DNA of 63,830 nt, counting the filler, from Octopus bimaculoides (taxonomy: Eukaryota): the NCBI RefSeq assembly GCF_001194135.2. It is 5 parts of 5 records of this genome, joined end to end, with 100 filler letters (N's around TTAATTAATTAA, not from the genome) between each part and the next. Parts side by side here need not be neighbours in the genome. Positions count along the whole stretch, not along the records: positions 21,080 to 40,945 come from NC_069004.1; 4 more parts are not named here. One strand, 5' to 3'. Positions 22,181 to 34,866 of this stretch are shown here, piece by piece (positions within the stretch are counted from its first letter, which is position 1; every line of letters starts with the position of its first letter). The notes below the pieces were generated by a model. That model searched no databases. It saw only the letters and a program-made list of their open reading frames with translations, and was not told where the DNA came from. The position numbers and the translations under genes are program-made.

Positions 22181-23542
22181 AATGTGACGAGCTGCCAGGA
22201 GTAACTAATCCTAAAAATGACTGTACAGTGCGTGTGTGTGTGTTTGTGTACGCCTGAGTGTGTAAGTAAATGTGCGTTAGTGTGTGGCTGAATGGGTTGT
22301 ACGTGAATGTGTATGTGCGTATGTCACTGTGTGTGTATATAAGTATGCGTGAGTTTCGATTTGAGTGCATGTGAGCTTGAATACGTGCGTAAGAACAATT
22401 GTGTGTGTCTATGTCTGCGTGTGTATGTGTGTGTGTGCCTGTGAGTAAATACATGGTGAGTATGTAAGTATGATGAGTTTATATATACATATGAGTGAAT
22501 GCGTGCGTATGATCAATATTGTATGTGTGAGTGAGTGTGTAATCGAAAGTGAGGCTGACTGGCATCGTCGCAGCAGTCGGGGGGAAAACCGCAGCTAACG
22601 GCAGCAGCATGCTAACAAAGGAGGTTTTGTTTGTGTGTACCGACCGCCGACTTCAACAACAAGACAACAGCATCAATGTAACTATGGGTAAGCGAACAAC
22701 ATATATATATATATACATCTTATTTATATTATACGTTATAGGGAGAGAAAGACACACATATATNNNNNNNNNNNNNNNNNNNNNNNNNNNNNNNNNNNNN
22801 NNNNNNNNNNNNNNNNNNNNNNNNNNNNNNNNNNNNNNNNNNNNNNNNNNNNNNNNNNNNNNNNNNNNNNNNNNNNNNNNNNNNNNNNNNNNNNNNNNNN
22901 NNNNNNNNNNNNNNNNNNNNNNNNNNNNNNNNNNNNNNNNNNNNNNNNNNNNNNNNNNNNNNNNNNNNNNNNNNNNNNNNNNNNNNNNNNNNNNNNNNNN
23001 NNNNNNNNNNNNNNNNNNNNNNNNNNNNNNNNNNNNNNNNNNNNNNNNNNNNNNNNNNNNNNNNNNNNNNNNNNNNNNNNNNNNNNNNNNNNNNNNNNNN
23101 NNNNNNNNNNNNNNNNNNNNNNNNNNNNNNNNNNNNNNNNNNNNNNNNNNNNNNNNNNNNNNNNNNNNNNNNNNNNNNNNNNNNNNNNNNNNNNNNNNNN
23201 NNNNNNNNNNNNNNNNNNNNNNNNNNNNNNNNNNNNNNNNNNNNNNNNNNNNNNNNNNNNNNNNNNNNNNNNNNNNNNNNNNNNNNNNNNNNNNNNNNNN
23301 NNNNNNNNNNNNNNNNNNNNNNNNNNNNNNNNNNNNNNNNNNNNNNNNNNNNNNNNNNNNNNNNNNNNNNNNNNNNNNNNNNNNNNNNNNNNNNNNNNNN
23401 NNNNNNNNNNNNNNNNNNNNNNNNNNNNNNNNNNNNNNNNNNNNNNNNNNNNNNNNNNNNNNNNNNNNNNNNNNNNNNNNNNNNNNNNNNNNNNNNNNNN
23501 NNNNNNNNNNNNNNNNNNNNNNNNNNNNNNNNNNNNNNNNNN

Positions 23543-23610
<68 letters not shown>

Positions 23611-25166
23611 ACACTTTATGTGTGTGTGTGTGTGTATAAACACGCGCGCCGCGATTATATATATTTATGCTCACAGATATGCGTGTATGTGTATTCGATT
23701 TTGTTGATGCGATCCAGTTGTTCGTAGTAATCTATTGATTGGAAACGAATTGTAATTATTTAATTTCTTCTAAACACACACTCACCCACTTGAGCCCTTA
23801 AACGTATTCTCCCAAGTGGACCCAGCTGTTTTGTTGTTAGACACTGTGTGTGTGTGTGTGTTTAAAGGAGGAGCTGCGGACACTTGTGCCTCGCAGAAAG
23901 GCAGACTCTGCGTTAAGAGTGTTTGAAATGACAATGGTTAATGGTGGGGGCACTTTCAAATGTTGGTACAGCTCACGGTCAAGGCATTCACTCCAATCAA
24001 GTTTTATATCGGCAAGATTTTAGTCCTTCGTCCCTCTATACGGTTTGGGTCGACCCGTGGCTGTAAACGTACACGACAATTAATTGCCCCGGATGCTACC
24101 GCGTACTGGGATCAGAGCTGAGTACACAAGACTGCCAAAGTGCGAACTTCCTCAACCATTTGTTGGCCAGGACCAAATATTTTTCTTTTATTTTCCGTTT
24201 GTTCCATTTGGATACAACAAAGCCAGAAACTCCTCGTAGCTTTAGAAGTGAAAGATCAACTTCGATATAAGTTTCCATCGTTCCTGTTTTAAAATATCAG
24301 TATTAACATTATTACGTAGACACTCGTTGAATTTAATCTCACACTGCTTGATACAAGTTTTTATTGCTACCTTGGGCTCGGCATTTTAATTGTATAACCT
24401 ACTTTTTATACATATGTATATATATAAATATATTCTGCTATCATAGTTCCATTCTCCGTCTCCACTTGTTTAAATATTTGGTGCGTTGATGTGTATACAT
24501 TAGCATCTTTTATACATACGTAATTACATATATATATTTATATACACTCAGACATACATGTATGTTTGTGTGTGTTTAGTTAACTTCATAATTTGAATTT
24601 ACTGTTCTAAAAAAAGAAATAGATAATTCGCATGTGTGTCTGTGTTTGGAGGGGAAGAAAGTCTGCGATTGTGTATCAGTGTCCGGCTTTGTCTTCAGGA
24701 TTCTTCTGGAACTAAACTTTTAAAACTCAACCACGCTTATGTGCATATGTAGATACGTACTTACAAACTGCACAAACACACACACACTAATCTTCTCTTT
24801 ATAAATATATATATGTCTACTAACTCTTTATAAAGTTAGTAAATTTCACACACCCTTGGCTTTGTTGTCTCATTTTATTTAACACACACACACACATATA
24901 TATATGTTGCTTTGGTGTGGGAGGCCTTTGCAGGAAAGAACTCCCCGCCGACGCATTAGAGTTGGTATTTATTTAAGAAACAGGTAGGTGAGGATTCATT
25001 TTGTTGCTGCACCCGGCACAAACACACATGTGTAAGTGTGTGAACACATACATGTGTGTGTGTGTGTGGAAGTCTTACACTGAGATTTTTTTAACACGAC
25101 TGGTCAGCTACTATGTCCATTTGTGTGTATGATATATTTATGTACTTGTGTGTGTGTGTACATACA

Positions 25167-25210
<44 letters not shown>

Positions 25211-26949
25211 TACGATATACATATATATACACACACGCTCACTGAATAAAACAGCTGCTGATATCTTCTCCCTGTCTTCCTCCCTGTCCTCTCTTTATCT
25301 CCTATACACACACACATGTATATGCTCATTGTATTACTTTAGACTCTCAGCTTGTGTGTGTGTGTGTGTGTGGAGGTTGTGACGTTTAAGCATTTTCCCA
25401 ACTCCATAGCGACAATGTCCTAATTGCAAATCTGTATATTAATGAAAGGGTATCTATCTATCTATCTATCTATCTATCTAAGAACATATATGTATCTCCC
25501 TTCTATAAACATGTATATATGCACACACACACACACACGTGAAAGCGTCCACCATTTGGGTTAGACCTGGACCTATATTTCCCGTATTGGCCACGTGTAT
25601 GAACAGATGCAAATTTGAATTTGTAAACAAGTCTTTGTGTGAATGGGAGGAGGGTAAGAAGGGGATGGGAGGATGGTGATGTTTACAAATGGGTGTGTGT
25701 AAAGGAAAGAATGTGTGTGTGTGTTGAAATACACAGGCACGCAGCTATACACACATCGTTTCATTTCTAATTATCCTCTACGTAGATACGCAGGTAATTA
25801 ATTCATCGAGTTACGACGTGACAGTGAGAAAAAGTTCCGTATCCATCCTGCATTTCCCACGGAAAGACAACTTGTTTTTAAGTGGTCAACAACAAAACAC
25901 TCCACCTGAACTTTGCAGCCCACTTCTTGCGTATATAAAGTTTATATGTTGTTCGGGATGTTTGAACACCGATCAGTCCTGGATGGGTTGACAGACGGCA
26001 CGAGTAAAACCCGTGAAGGCCCTAAACACTTAAAAGGTGTTTAATAACCCCTATATATATGGAATTCAAAATACAAACTATAATAAACCATAAATTTTTT
26101 TTTTTTTTTTTCAAAAGGAGAAAAAAACTAACAGAAAGACGGAAAATAATGTTTATTTTCTGTGTCCTTCGACTTTCTATTTTGAAAGGTTTTCTCGTTT
26201 TTCTTTTAAATTGCAAAGTCTTTGATCAGATCCTTTTGGAAATTATATTCCATATACACATATACCTCGATTATTATTTTAGCAAGTTTAAACTGACATG
26301 GTTTCTATGGCTGGGGATGCTGTTGCTGGGGCCAACCACTTTACAGCAGGCACTAGGGTTCCCTTTTCTATGCCACCTGTGCTGTCGAGGCCAGCATGCA
26401 GTTTGCAGGATGACGAGCCCTGAGCAAGTTGGGAAAGGGGGTCAGCTTCGTGCTTAGGGTTAGGGAATTACTATGAGGGATGGCAGCAGAGCAGATTCCT
26501 GCAGGGGCAACTGCATAGCTACACGCACTTATATATGTGCAGCTATATACACACGTGTGTGTGTATATATATATATATGCGTGTATATACGATAGACACA
26601 TACAAGCACAAATAAAAACCTGGTAGCAATGTTCAGGTGAGAACACAGGTGCATTCGTATATATTTTTGCTTTGGTTAGCATTCCACCTCAATTAATATA
26701 TTAACATCCTTTTTTTTAATCAATTCGGTTACTAAGGCCGGTTGCCGAGGCCTAGGCAAGTCATTAATTCATTAACAAATTTCATGAATAAACAAAAAAT
26801 TTACAATAAGTAGAATGAATTTACAACAAAAATATGTAATGTTTTTTCAAAACATTGTAATATGAAGAAGGGAGTCATTATGAGAAAGGATTGGTAGTGA
26901 CTGGTTTTTTAGGTGTGAGGGAAGGTGGGGGTGGTTGTTTTTGTTAAGA

Positions 26950-27355
26950 AGCTTGTTTTGCAACCATGTGGTTTCAGGTTCAATATCACTGCGTGACACG
27001 ACACTTTGGGTTAAGTGCCCCCCTGTTATAGGTTTGGGCCAACAAGTGCTTTGTGAGTGGATTAGGTATATAGAAACTGAAAGAAGCTCATCATACACAC
27101 AACTGTCTGTGTGGTGTGCTTTTAGTTTCGTAGATGTCATCGTCGTCATCAAGTAATGTTTGCTTCCAGTTTTCCATGTTTGCTTGATGGGGACATTTGT
27201 TTCCCATTACCATATTAAGTGAAGGGCAATCAGTCGGTAACAAGCTCTCACACACACACATTTACAATTATACAACAGGTTTCTTTCAGTTTCCATCCAT
27301 GAAATCCACTCAACACTTTGGTTAGCCAGGGGCGACAGTTGAAGACACTTGCCCC
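26950..27355. mobile_element. Two family A SINE fragments in opposite orientation
   Basis: Plus copy gcttgttttgcaaccatgtggtttcaggttcaatatcactgcgtgacac (~26950-27110); minus copy caggtttctttcagtttccatcc...gaagacacttgccc (~27275-27355). Confidence 0.7.
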
Positions 27356-28127
27356 CNNNNNNNNNNNNNNNNNNNNNNNNNNNNNNNNNNNNNNNNNNNN
27401 NNNNNNNNNNNNNNNNNNNNNNNNNNNNNNNNNNNNNNNNNNNNNNNNNNNNNNNNNNNNNNNNNNNNNNNNNNNNNNNNNNNNNNNNNNNNNNNNNNNN
27501 NNNNNNNNNNNNNNNNNNNNNNNNNNNNNNNNNNNNNNNNNNNNNNNNNNNNNNNNNNNNNNNNNNNNNNNNNNNNNNNNNNNNNNNNNNNNNNNNNNNN
27601 NNNNNNNNNNNNNNNNNNNNNNNNNNNNNNNNNNNNNNNNNNNNNNNNNNNNNNNNNNNNNNNNNNNNNNNNNNNNNNNNNNNNNNNNNNNNNNNNNNNN
27701 NNNNNNNNNNNNNNNNNNNNNNNNNNNNNNNNNNNNNNNNNNNNNNNNNNNNNNNNNNNNNNNNNNNNNNNNNNNNNNNNNNNNNNNNNNNNNNNNNNNN
27801 NNNNNNNNNNNNNNNNNNNNNNNNNNNNNNNNNNNNNNNNNNNNNNNNNNNNNNNNNNNNNNNNNNNNNNNNNNNNNNNNNNNNNNNNNNNNNNNNNNNN
27901 NNNNNNNNNNNNNNNNNNNNNNNNNNNNNNNNNNNNNNNNNNNNNNNNNNNNNNNNNNNNNNNNNNNNNNNNNNNNNNNNNNNNNNNNNNNNNNNNNNNN
28001 NNNNNNNNNNNNNNNNNNNNNNNNNNNNNNNNNNNNNNNNNNNNNNNNNNNNNNNNNNNNNNNNNNNNNNNNNNNNNNNNNNNNNNNNNNNNNNNNNNNN
28101 NNNNNNNNNNNNNNNNNNNNNNNNNNN

Positions 28128-28170
<43 letters not shown>

Positions 28171-28239
28171 TGCATACACAGATACATATACATACATACA
28201 TACATACATACATACATACATACACACATGCATGCATGC

Positions 28240-28405
28240 ATGACAGGCTTCTTTCAGTTTCCATCTACCAAATCTAGTCAGAAGGAATCAGAGCATTAGT
28301 CAGCCCAGGGCTAAAGTAAAAGACACTTTCCCAAGGTGGCACACAGTGGAATTGAACCTGACCCCACATGGTTGCCTTTTAACCACACAAGCCACCCCTG
28401 CACCT
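28240..28405 (-). mobile_element. SINE family A, 5' half
   Basis: acaggcttctttcagtttccatctacc...aagacactttcccaaggtggcacacagtggaattgaacc. Confidence 0.75.
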
Positions 28406-29819
28406 ATTCTTTATCATTTTACACAAAGTATCCGTAACAAACCTGCAGATCACGACCGTTTTGTGCAGAACTAAACTCAAAATTCTTCTTCTTCTGACAC
28501 AGGTTGTACTCTTAGCAAACTGTTCTTCGCATAGAAACTATCAAATTACTTGTGATTATTTAGAAATTGCAGTCTACTCTCTCTGCAAATGCCTCTTTAT
28601 TGATTTAAACTGTTAAATAAATTAAGGAAAATCATTTGTGATGATGACAACTACAATGACAATCTATTATTACATGTCAACTCAGCTTCAACTGCCAATA
28701 AACCTTACATTAATAAATTGCTCAAATAACAGCTGCCTGAGATGATTGCAAACCCGCATTCAAATTTTACTTTAACACACACACACAAACACATACACAT
28801 TTGTGCACACATATAAATATATATNNNNNNNNNNNNNNNNNNNNNNNNNNNNNNNNNNNNNNNNNNNNNNNNNNNNNNNNNNNNNNNNNNNNNNNNNNNN
28901 NNNNNNNNNNNNNNNNNNNNNNNNNNATACGCGCATCATTTTTATCACTTTCCAGCTCTGCTTGATCTCTCCTACCTCTCTCTTCTAAAATGTGAGTAGT
29001 CATTCAGCTCTTCTACAGTAAGAAGCCTGTTCTGCTTTGGCCCTTTTCTCTCATACTTAACCCTTCGTTTCACTGCATAAAGTTTCCCCATCAGGGTTTG
29101 TAGTCTTGGTAGCTGCTGCAGGGCAAAAGAGAACCCAGTTCTTGCTGTAAGGTGGTTGGCATTAGGAAGGGCATCCAGCTGCAGAAACCCTGCCAAAGCA
29201 GACACTGGAGCATGAAGCAGCCCTTAGACCCGCTGGATCCTGTCAAACCATCCAACCCATTCCAGCTTGGGTTGAAGGAGAATGATACAGGGGCTGATTA
29301 CCCAGTTTCCATGACAAAGAAGTGGCTGAGATCACAATACTTCCTCTGACCAGGATGCCAGTCTGTTGCAGGGTTCCTCACATGCGGTTGAGTGGCCTGG
29401 ATCAGTGTGAAATGAAGCATTTTGCTCATAAACACATCACATCACCTGGCCTGGGAACTGAACTATGATCTTGAGCTTATGAGTGCAACACACTAACCAC
29501 TAGGCCATGTGCCTTTGCGTAACTGGGCTGTATGAGTCTTTAAAACTAATGAGAGTAGTATTTGCATATTTGAGACAAGTGAGTAGCATAGCTTTTCCTA
29601 AACTCCATATTTACTTGCTCAAGATGTCATGCAGTGGGATTGAGCCTGAGTCCTCTTGGTTGTAAAGTGGAACTTTTTAGCTATTCATCCATGCCTTTGT
29701 CCACCAATAAAATACTGGAGAAGTGACAGATAAGTCACACAGTAGGGGACATTTTTGTAATAGTTTTTTTCCTTTATGATACTCTCATGCACACACACAC
29801 ACACACACACACACACGAT

Positions 29820-29945
29820 GGGCATCTTTCAGTTTTCATCTTCCAAGTTCATTCACAAGTCTTTGGTCTACAGTAGAAGACTTTTACCCATGGTGCCACG
29901 CAGTGAGACTGAACCCAAGGCCACCCGGTTGGGAAGCATTACCTG
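29820..29945 (-). mobile_element. SINE family A, 5' half
   Basis: gggcatctttcagtttt...agaagacttttacccatggtgccacgcagtgagactgaaccc. Confidence 0.7.
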
Positions 29946-30179
29946 GATAAAGACAAAGTTGTGTGGTTATTGTTTGCAGAATATTTTACTGAGTTTCGAC
30001 GCCAACAAACCAAAGACCATTCCTCTACAAAACTGTTTCAAAGCATTCACATTTTAATTAAAACCTTCCATTGTAATTTTATGTGAGAACCTCTTTGTTA
30101 AGTTACGTTCCAAACACTAACTTAATGAGAGTTCCTTCACCAAAATTCTTTCATTATTTTCAAAATTAATTGAAATCCA

Positions 30180-30822
30180 TGGACAGTGTATTTTATTGGA
30201 AATGTTGTCATAAAAAAAGATGAAAAATCAACAAAACTATTTTTCACCAACAATTTGATGGACCATCAATTAATCTGAGTGGATATCGAAAGATATCAGG
30301 TCACTTGACCTGCTGGAAATAACAGCCAAATCTCCCTTGAATCAAACTTAATGGTGTAACACCTAAATACATGGTCTTCTATTGTTTACTTTAATGTTTA
30401 CTTCTATTACTTCAGCCATTGGACTCCGGCCATGTTGGGGCACCACCTTGACCGGTTATATTCGAACAAATTGCACACACACCCCACCACCTTTTTTAAG
30501 TCTCGTACTCTTTTGCTGAACTGCTAAGTTACATAGACATAAACAAACCAACAGCCGTTGTTAAGTGGTGTGGGGAACAAAATCTGACACAAAGACACAC
30601 ACTCACGCACATATAAACAATGACAGTGTATTCTATCGGAAATATTGTCATAAAAAGATTAAATGAAAGAAATATAATTTTCACCAACAATTTAATGGAC
30701 CATCGATTAATCTGACCGGGTTCTAAAGATGATCGAATGAGAAACCTCTATGTGGTAACTTGACCTGCTGGAAATAACAGTCAAATTCCACTCAAATCAA
30801 ACTTAATACCTAAATACATTAT
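30180..30822 (+). repeat. Local ~200-bp direct duplication (30180-30375 / 30622-30822) with a SINE fragment between the copies
   Basis: gacagtgtatt...ttttcaccaacaattt.atggaccatc.attaatctga...acttgacctgctggaaataacag...aatcaaacttaat...cctaaataca occurs twice. Confidence 0.8.
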
Positions 30823-31559
30823 CTGGAAGATTAAAAAAATGTGCCAGACTTGATTATCATAACTGGAATGTGTTTGAACATATAGGTCTACTGGATCATG
30901 GCTGACCAGGGGTTAAACAGCAGCAACAGTAACAACAACAACATTCATATAAGTCTACTGGATCATGTCTGACTTGGGGTTTACACAGAAACAACAATAA
31001 CAAGTATTATCATATACAATCTGCTAGATCAATGCTTATCTAGGGGTTGATAAGAACACCATGGCATTCATTTAGGTCAACTGGATTAGTGCTGACCTGG
31101 GGTTAAACAGCAACAACAAGAACATTTCCATTTAAAAGTTTGATATTAATTTGGCCAATGCACTTGTGTGGTGTAAGGTCAGTTTAGAAACTGTTACAAA
31201 ATACACACACACACACACACAAATACACATACACACATATACAGACACACATACACACACAAACACACATATAAACACACACAGACACACGATGGCAAGG
31301 CTTTGGATGGCCTGGGGTTTTAGTAGATAACACACTTGCCCAAGGTGGCACTCAGTGGGACTGAACTGAAGACCACACGGTTGCCAAACGAGCTTCTCAA
31401 CCACACGGCCATGCTTTGCACTTTTTAGTGGCAGAAAACAATGGAGATCCGACCGATTCCATGGAAAAGTTGCAGAGAATAAACGGGAGATGGTGAAAAG
31501 AAATGGCAACGACAGCTATTGGATGGCTTTTGTTTCACAGTCGGAATTAACAAACTACT

Positions 31560-32605
31560 AATGTTACTGCTGCTGTTGTAGCTGTACCACCACCACCACC
31601 ACTTAACAACAACAACAACACTGACAATGAGAACAGTTCCATAATCACCAATTAGCAAACTACTCATATTACTGCTGCTGATGCTGCTGCAATCACCACC
31701 ACCACCACCACCACCTACACCACCACCACCACCACTACTACTAACACCTTCAATTTACAAACTACTAATATATTAATACTGCTGCTGCTGTTGTTACTCC
31801 TGCAGCCATATTGCCAGTACACCACCACCACCACCACCACCACCACCACCATTATGAACTCCATCCTCACCCACCACCAACAGCAGCAACAACAACAACA
31901 ATTCTAGCATCACCATCACAAACTCCACCACCACCACCACCACAACAGCCATCAACTCCACCACCACAACCAAGGCTACCACCACCACCCCACCACACCC
32001 ATCACCACTGATAACTACTACACCACAACTAGCCATCAACCACCACCACCACCACCACCACCACCACCACCACCACCAATACCATTTCTGGCCAAAGAGG
32101 GAGCCTCTATGTGGTTGCTCGACATGCTGGAAATAGCAGCTGAATTTCCTTTAAATCCTGCACCACTTAAGTTAGGAAAAGGACACCTTGGATGAAGTGG
32201 TGTTGGGTTTCTTGGACACAGGAAAAAGACAGGATGGTCATGGCTAGAATGTCTTTGATCATAGGTCTGCTTGATGAGGATTGGCCTCAGGATAACAACA
32301 ACAACAACAACAATAACCACTACTATCACCAGCACCAATACTTTACTGTTACCACCACCACCACCGCCAGCACCACCATTGCTAGTCTAACACCTTCATC
32401 AAAATCTATACCACCACCACCACCAGAACCAGCATCATCACCACCACCATCACCACCACCATCACCACCATCATTATCACCATCACCACATCCTTTATTA
32501 CTCCCACCACCACATCCATTACCACTCCCACCATTACCACCACCACCTCCGCAGTTATCACAGTTCCTACCAAGCCCACCACCACCACCACCACCACCAC
32601 CATAT
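31560..32605. repeat. (CAC/ACC/CAA)n trinucleotide low-complexity field with an embedded short interspersed repeat (32085-32310)
   Basis: Long imperfect ACC runs. The embedded piece gacatgctggaaatagcagc...tgatcataggtctgcttgat also occurs near 30300, 30770, 33630 and 40100-40400. Confidence 0.9.
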
Positions 32606-32982
32606 TGATTTAGTACACCTAATTTCTATGCTAACCATAATACTACTTTCCCTGGTAATTAGCAGATTTTATTGCTACAAAACAATAACGAGACTTCTAA
32701 TTATGCCGTAGCGAACATAAGAAACAGGAATTTGGAAAAACTTATTTTTGATTCCATCTAACAAATTAGATTGCGATTTAATGACGGAAGGACTTTTAAG
32801 ATTTCCAAGTGCATTCTCTCCTCTTTATCTCTCGCATTTCATGCATGCCTGCATGCGTGCACATATGTGCATAGCCATGTCTGGTGAATTTCATGATTGC
32901 AATTCCTGAACTAATTCTGTTGATACTTTTTCCTGAAAACGGAATTTGCATAAAGGAAGGAAATCTCAAGATTTTGTCTTCG

Positions 32983-33061
32983 TTCTTCTTCTTCTCCTTC
33001 TTCTTCTTCTTCTTCTTCTTCTTCTTCTTCTTCTTCTTCTTCTTCTTCTTCTTCTTCTTCT
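32983..33061. repeat. (TTC)n microsatellite
   Basis: Near-perfect TTC run. Confidence 0.97.
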
Positions 33062-33139
33062 CACTTGTTACTTTCTTCAAGAAAGTTTTCTTTTTTTTTT
33101 TTGTATCATATTTTTTTTTTTTTGTCTTTCATCTTTATC

Positions 33140-33565
33140 TGGGGTACTGCCTGAAAGGGATTACTTGAACAAATCGTCCCCTGGACTTGTTTTTAAACCT
33201 CATACTTATTCTGTTGCTATCTTTTCCAAAACTGCTAAGTTACAAGGACAGAAACAAACCAACACCAGTTGTCAAGCTCTGGTGAGGTTGTGACCCCACG
33301 ATTTATTTGTTTTGTATTTTTTAGGTCTGGTGCTCATTTTACCAGATTCTTTTGGCGAACTATTAAGTTATGGGGACTTAAACAAACCAACACTGGTTGT
33401 CGAGTTGTGGTAGGGATGCAAGGGGCAAACACAACACAAACACACATATACAATGGGCTTCCTCACAATTTCCATCTACCAAATTCACACACAAGGCTTT
33501 GGTCGGCCCAGAGCCATGATAGAAGATGCAAAGGTGGAGCATGGTGGGACTGAACCTGAAACCAC
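33140..33565 (-). mobile_element. Family A SINE with a duplicated 3' segment
   Basis: ctaagttacaaggacagaaacaaaccaacacc (33230-33275) is repeated as ttaagttatggggacttaaacaaaccaacact (33360-33395), followed by the 5' head (ggctttggtcggccc...gggactgaacc). Confidence 0.7.
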
Positions 33566-33783
33566 ATCATCATAATCATCATCACCATCACCATCATCAC
33601 CATCATCATCATCGTCATCATCATCACTGTTATAGTCATCTTGAAAGAGGGTGGATGGCCCTGGTTGAAATGCCTTTGATCAAATGTCTTGTTGATCACC
33701 AACACTGTCACCACCAGTGCAGTGATACATCAGCATCATCATCTTCAAATGTGTGTGTGTGTGTATCTATACCTATCTATCTA

Positions 33784-33851
<68 letters not shown>

Positions 33852-34052
33852 TGCACACACACACACATACACACACACATACTTCTTTGGTGTGTGGGTG
33901 GGGAGTGGGTAGGGTGGTAGGGATTAGTTGATTGTTTATGAATTTGCTGATTCTGTTTTTTCCTCCCTTTCAAAATGTCAGAAACATATTTGACAGAAAA
34001 TGTCAACTTGTAATAATGTTTTATTATTTAATTCTGATATTTAACAACAACA

Positions 34053-34092
<40 letters not shown>

Positions 34093-34461
34093 TAATGATA
34101 ACTACAACAACAAACAGAGTTATTCACTAGCATACACTTAGGCCCATCTACACCTACACACACACACGCACACACACACAACTGCATACTCACATACAGC
34201 CATGCATAGACACATCTCCATGGATATATAGATAGGCATATACACATAGACACGCCTACATATATACATATGTACATATACACATATATATCTGTATAGA
34301 GATGCATACCCATACATTCGTATACACGTGCATGTCAACACTTATGTCTAGAGGCAGACAGTGGTGTATGCATACAAATGCACGTTTTCACATACACATA
34401 CACATACAGATGCCCATACATTGACATATGTACACTCATACCCTTGCACATATACAGTCTT

Positions 34462-34495
<34 letters not shown>

Positions 34496-34544
34496 GGTAA
34501 AGCAAAATAATTTCCATGAATAAAAAGAAATGGTTCATATAGAT

Positions 34545-34866
34545 ATTGAATGTTGGGCCTCGCAGAGGCAATGGCCGAGACCTTTGGCATTATGTTGTGC
34601 TTGATAAGAAGACCCATCAAGCCAAGCAAAATCGCAGTCATGGCAGATACTGGTGTCACGCAAACGGCACCCGTGCCAGTGGCACATATAAGCACTCGTT
34701 ACACAGTCAGAGTGGTTGGCATGAGGAAGGGCATCCACCCGTAGAAATCATGCCAAGACAGACTGGAGCCTGGTGCAGCCTTGCAGCTGGCCAGCCCTGG
34801 TCAAACTGTCCAACCCATACCAGCAAGGACAACGGACGTTAAATGATGATGATGATGATGATGATT
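34545..34866 (+). mobile_element. Retroposon 3' end with (GAT)n tail (family C)
   Basis: gttggc.tgaggaagggcatcca...gtagaaa.catgcc...gtcaaac.gtccaaccca...ggacgttaaatgatgatgatg. Related pieces at 29085-29285 (+), 37645-37800 (-) and 37920-38050 (-). Confidence 0.75.

Noticed and set aside
31794-33912. Poly-His, poly-Pro, poly-Val, poly-Lys and poly-Phe ORFs
   Set aside because: Translations of (CAC)n, (CAT)n and (TTC)n repeats on both strands, with no splice or domain support.
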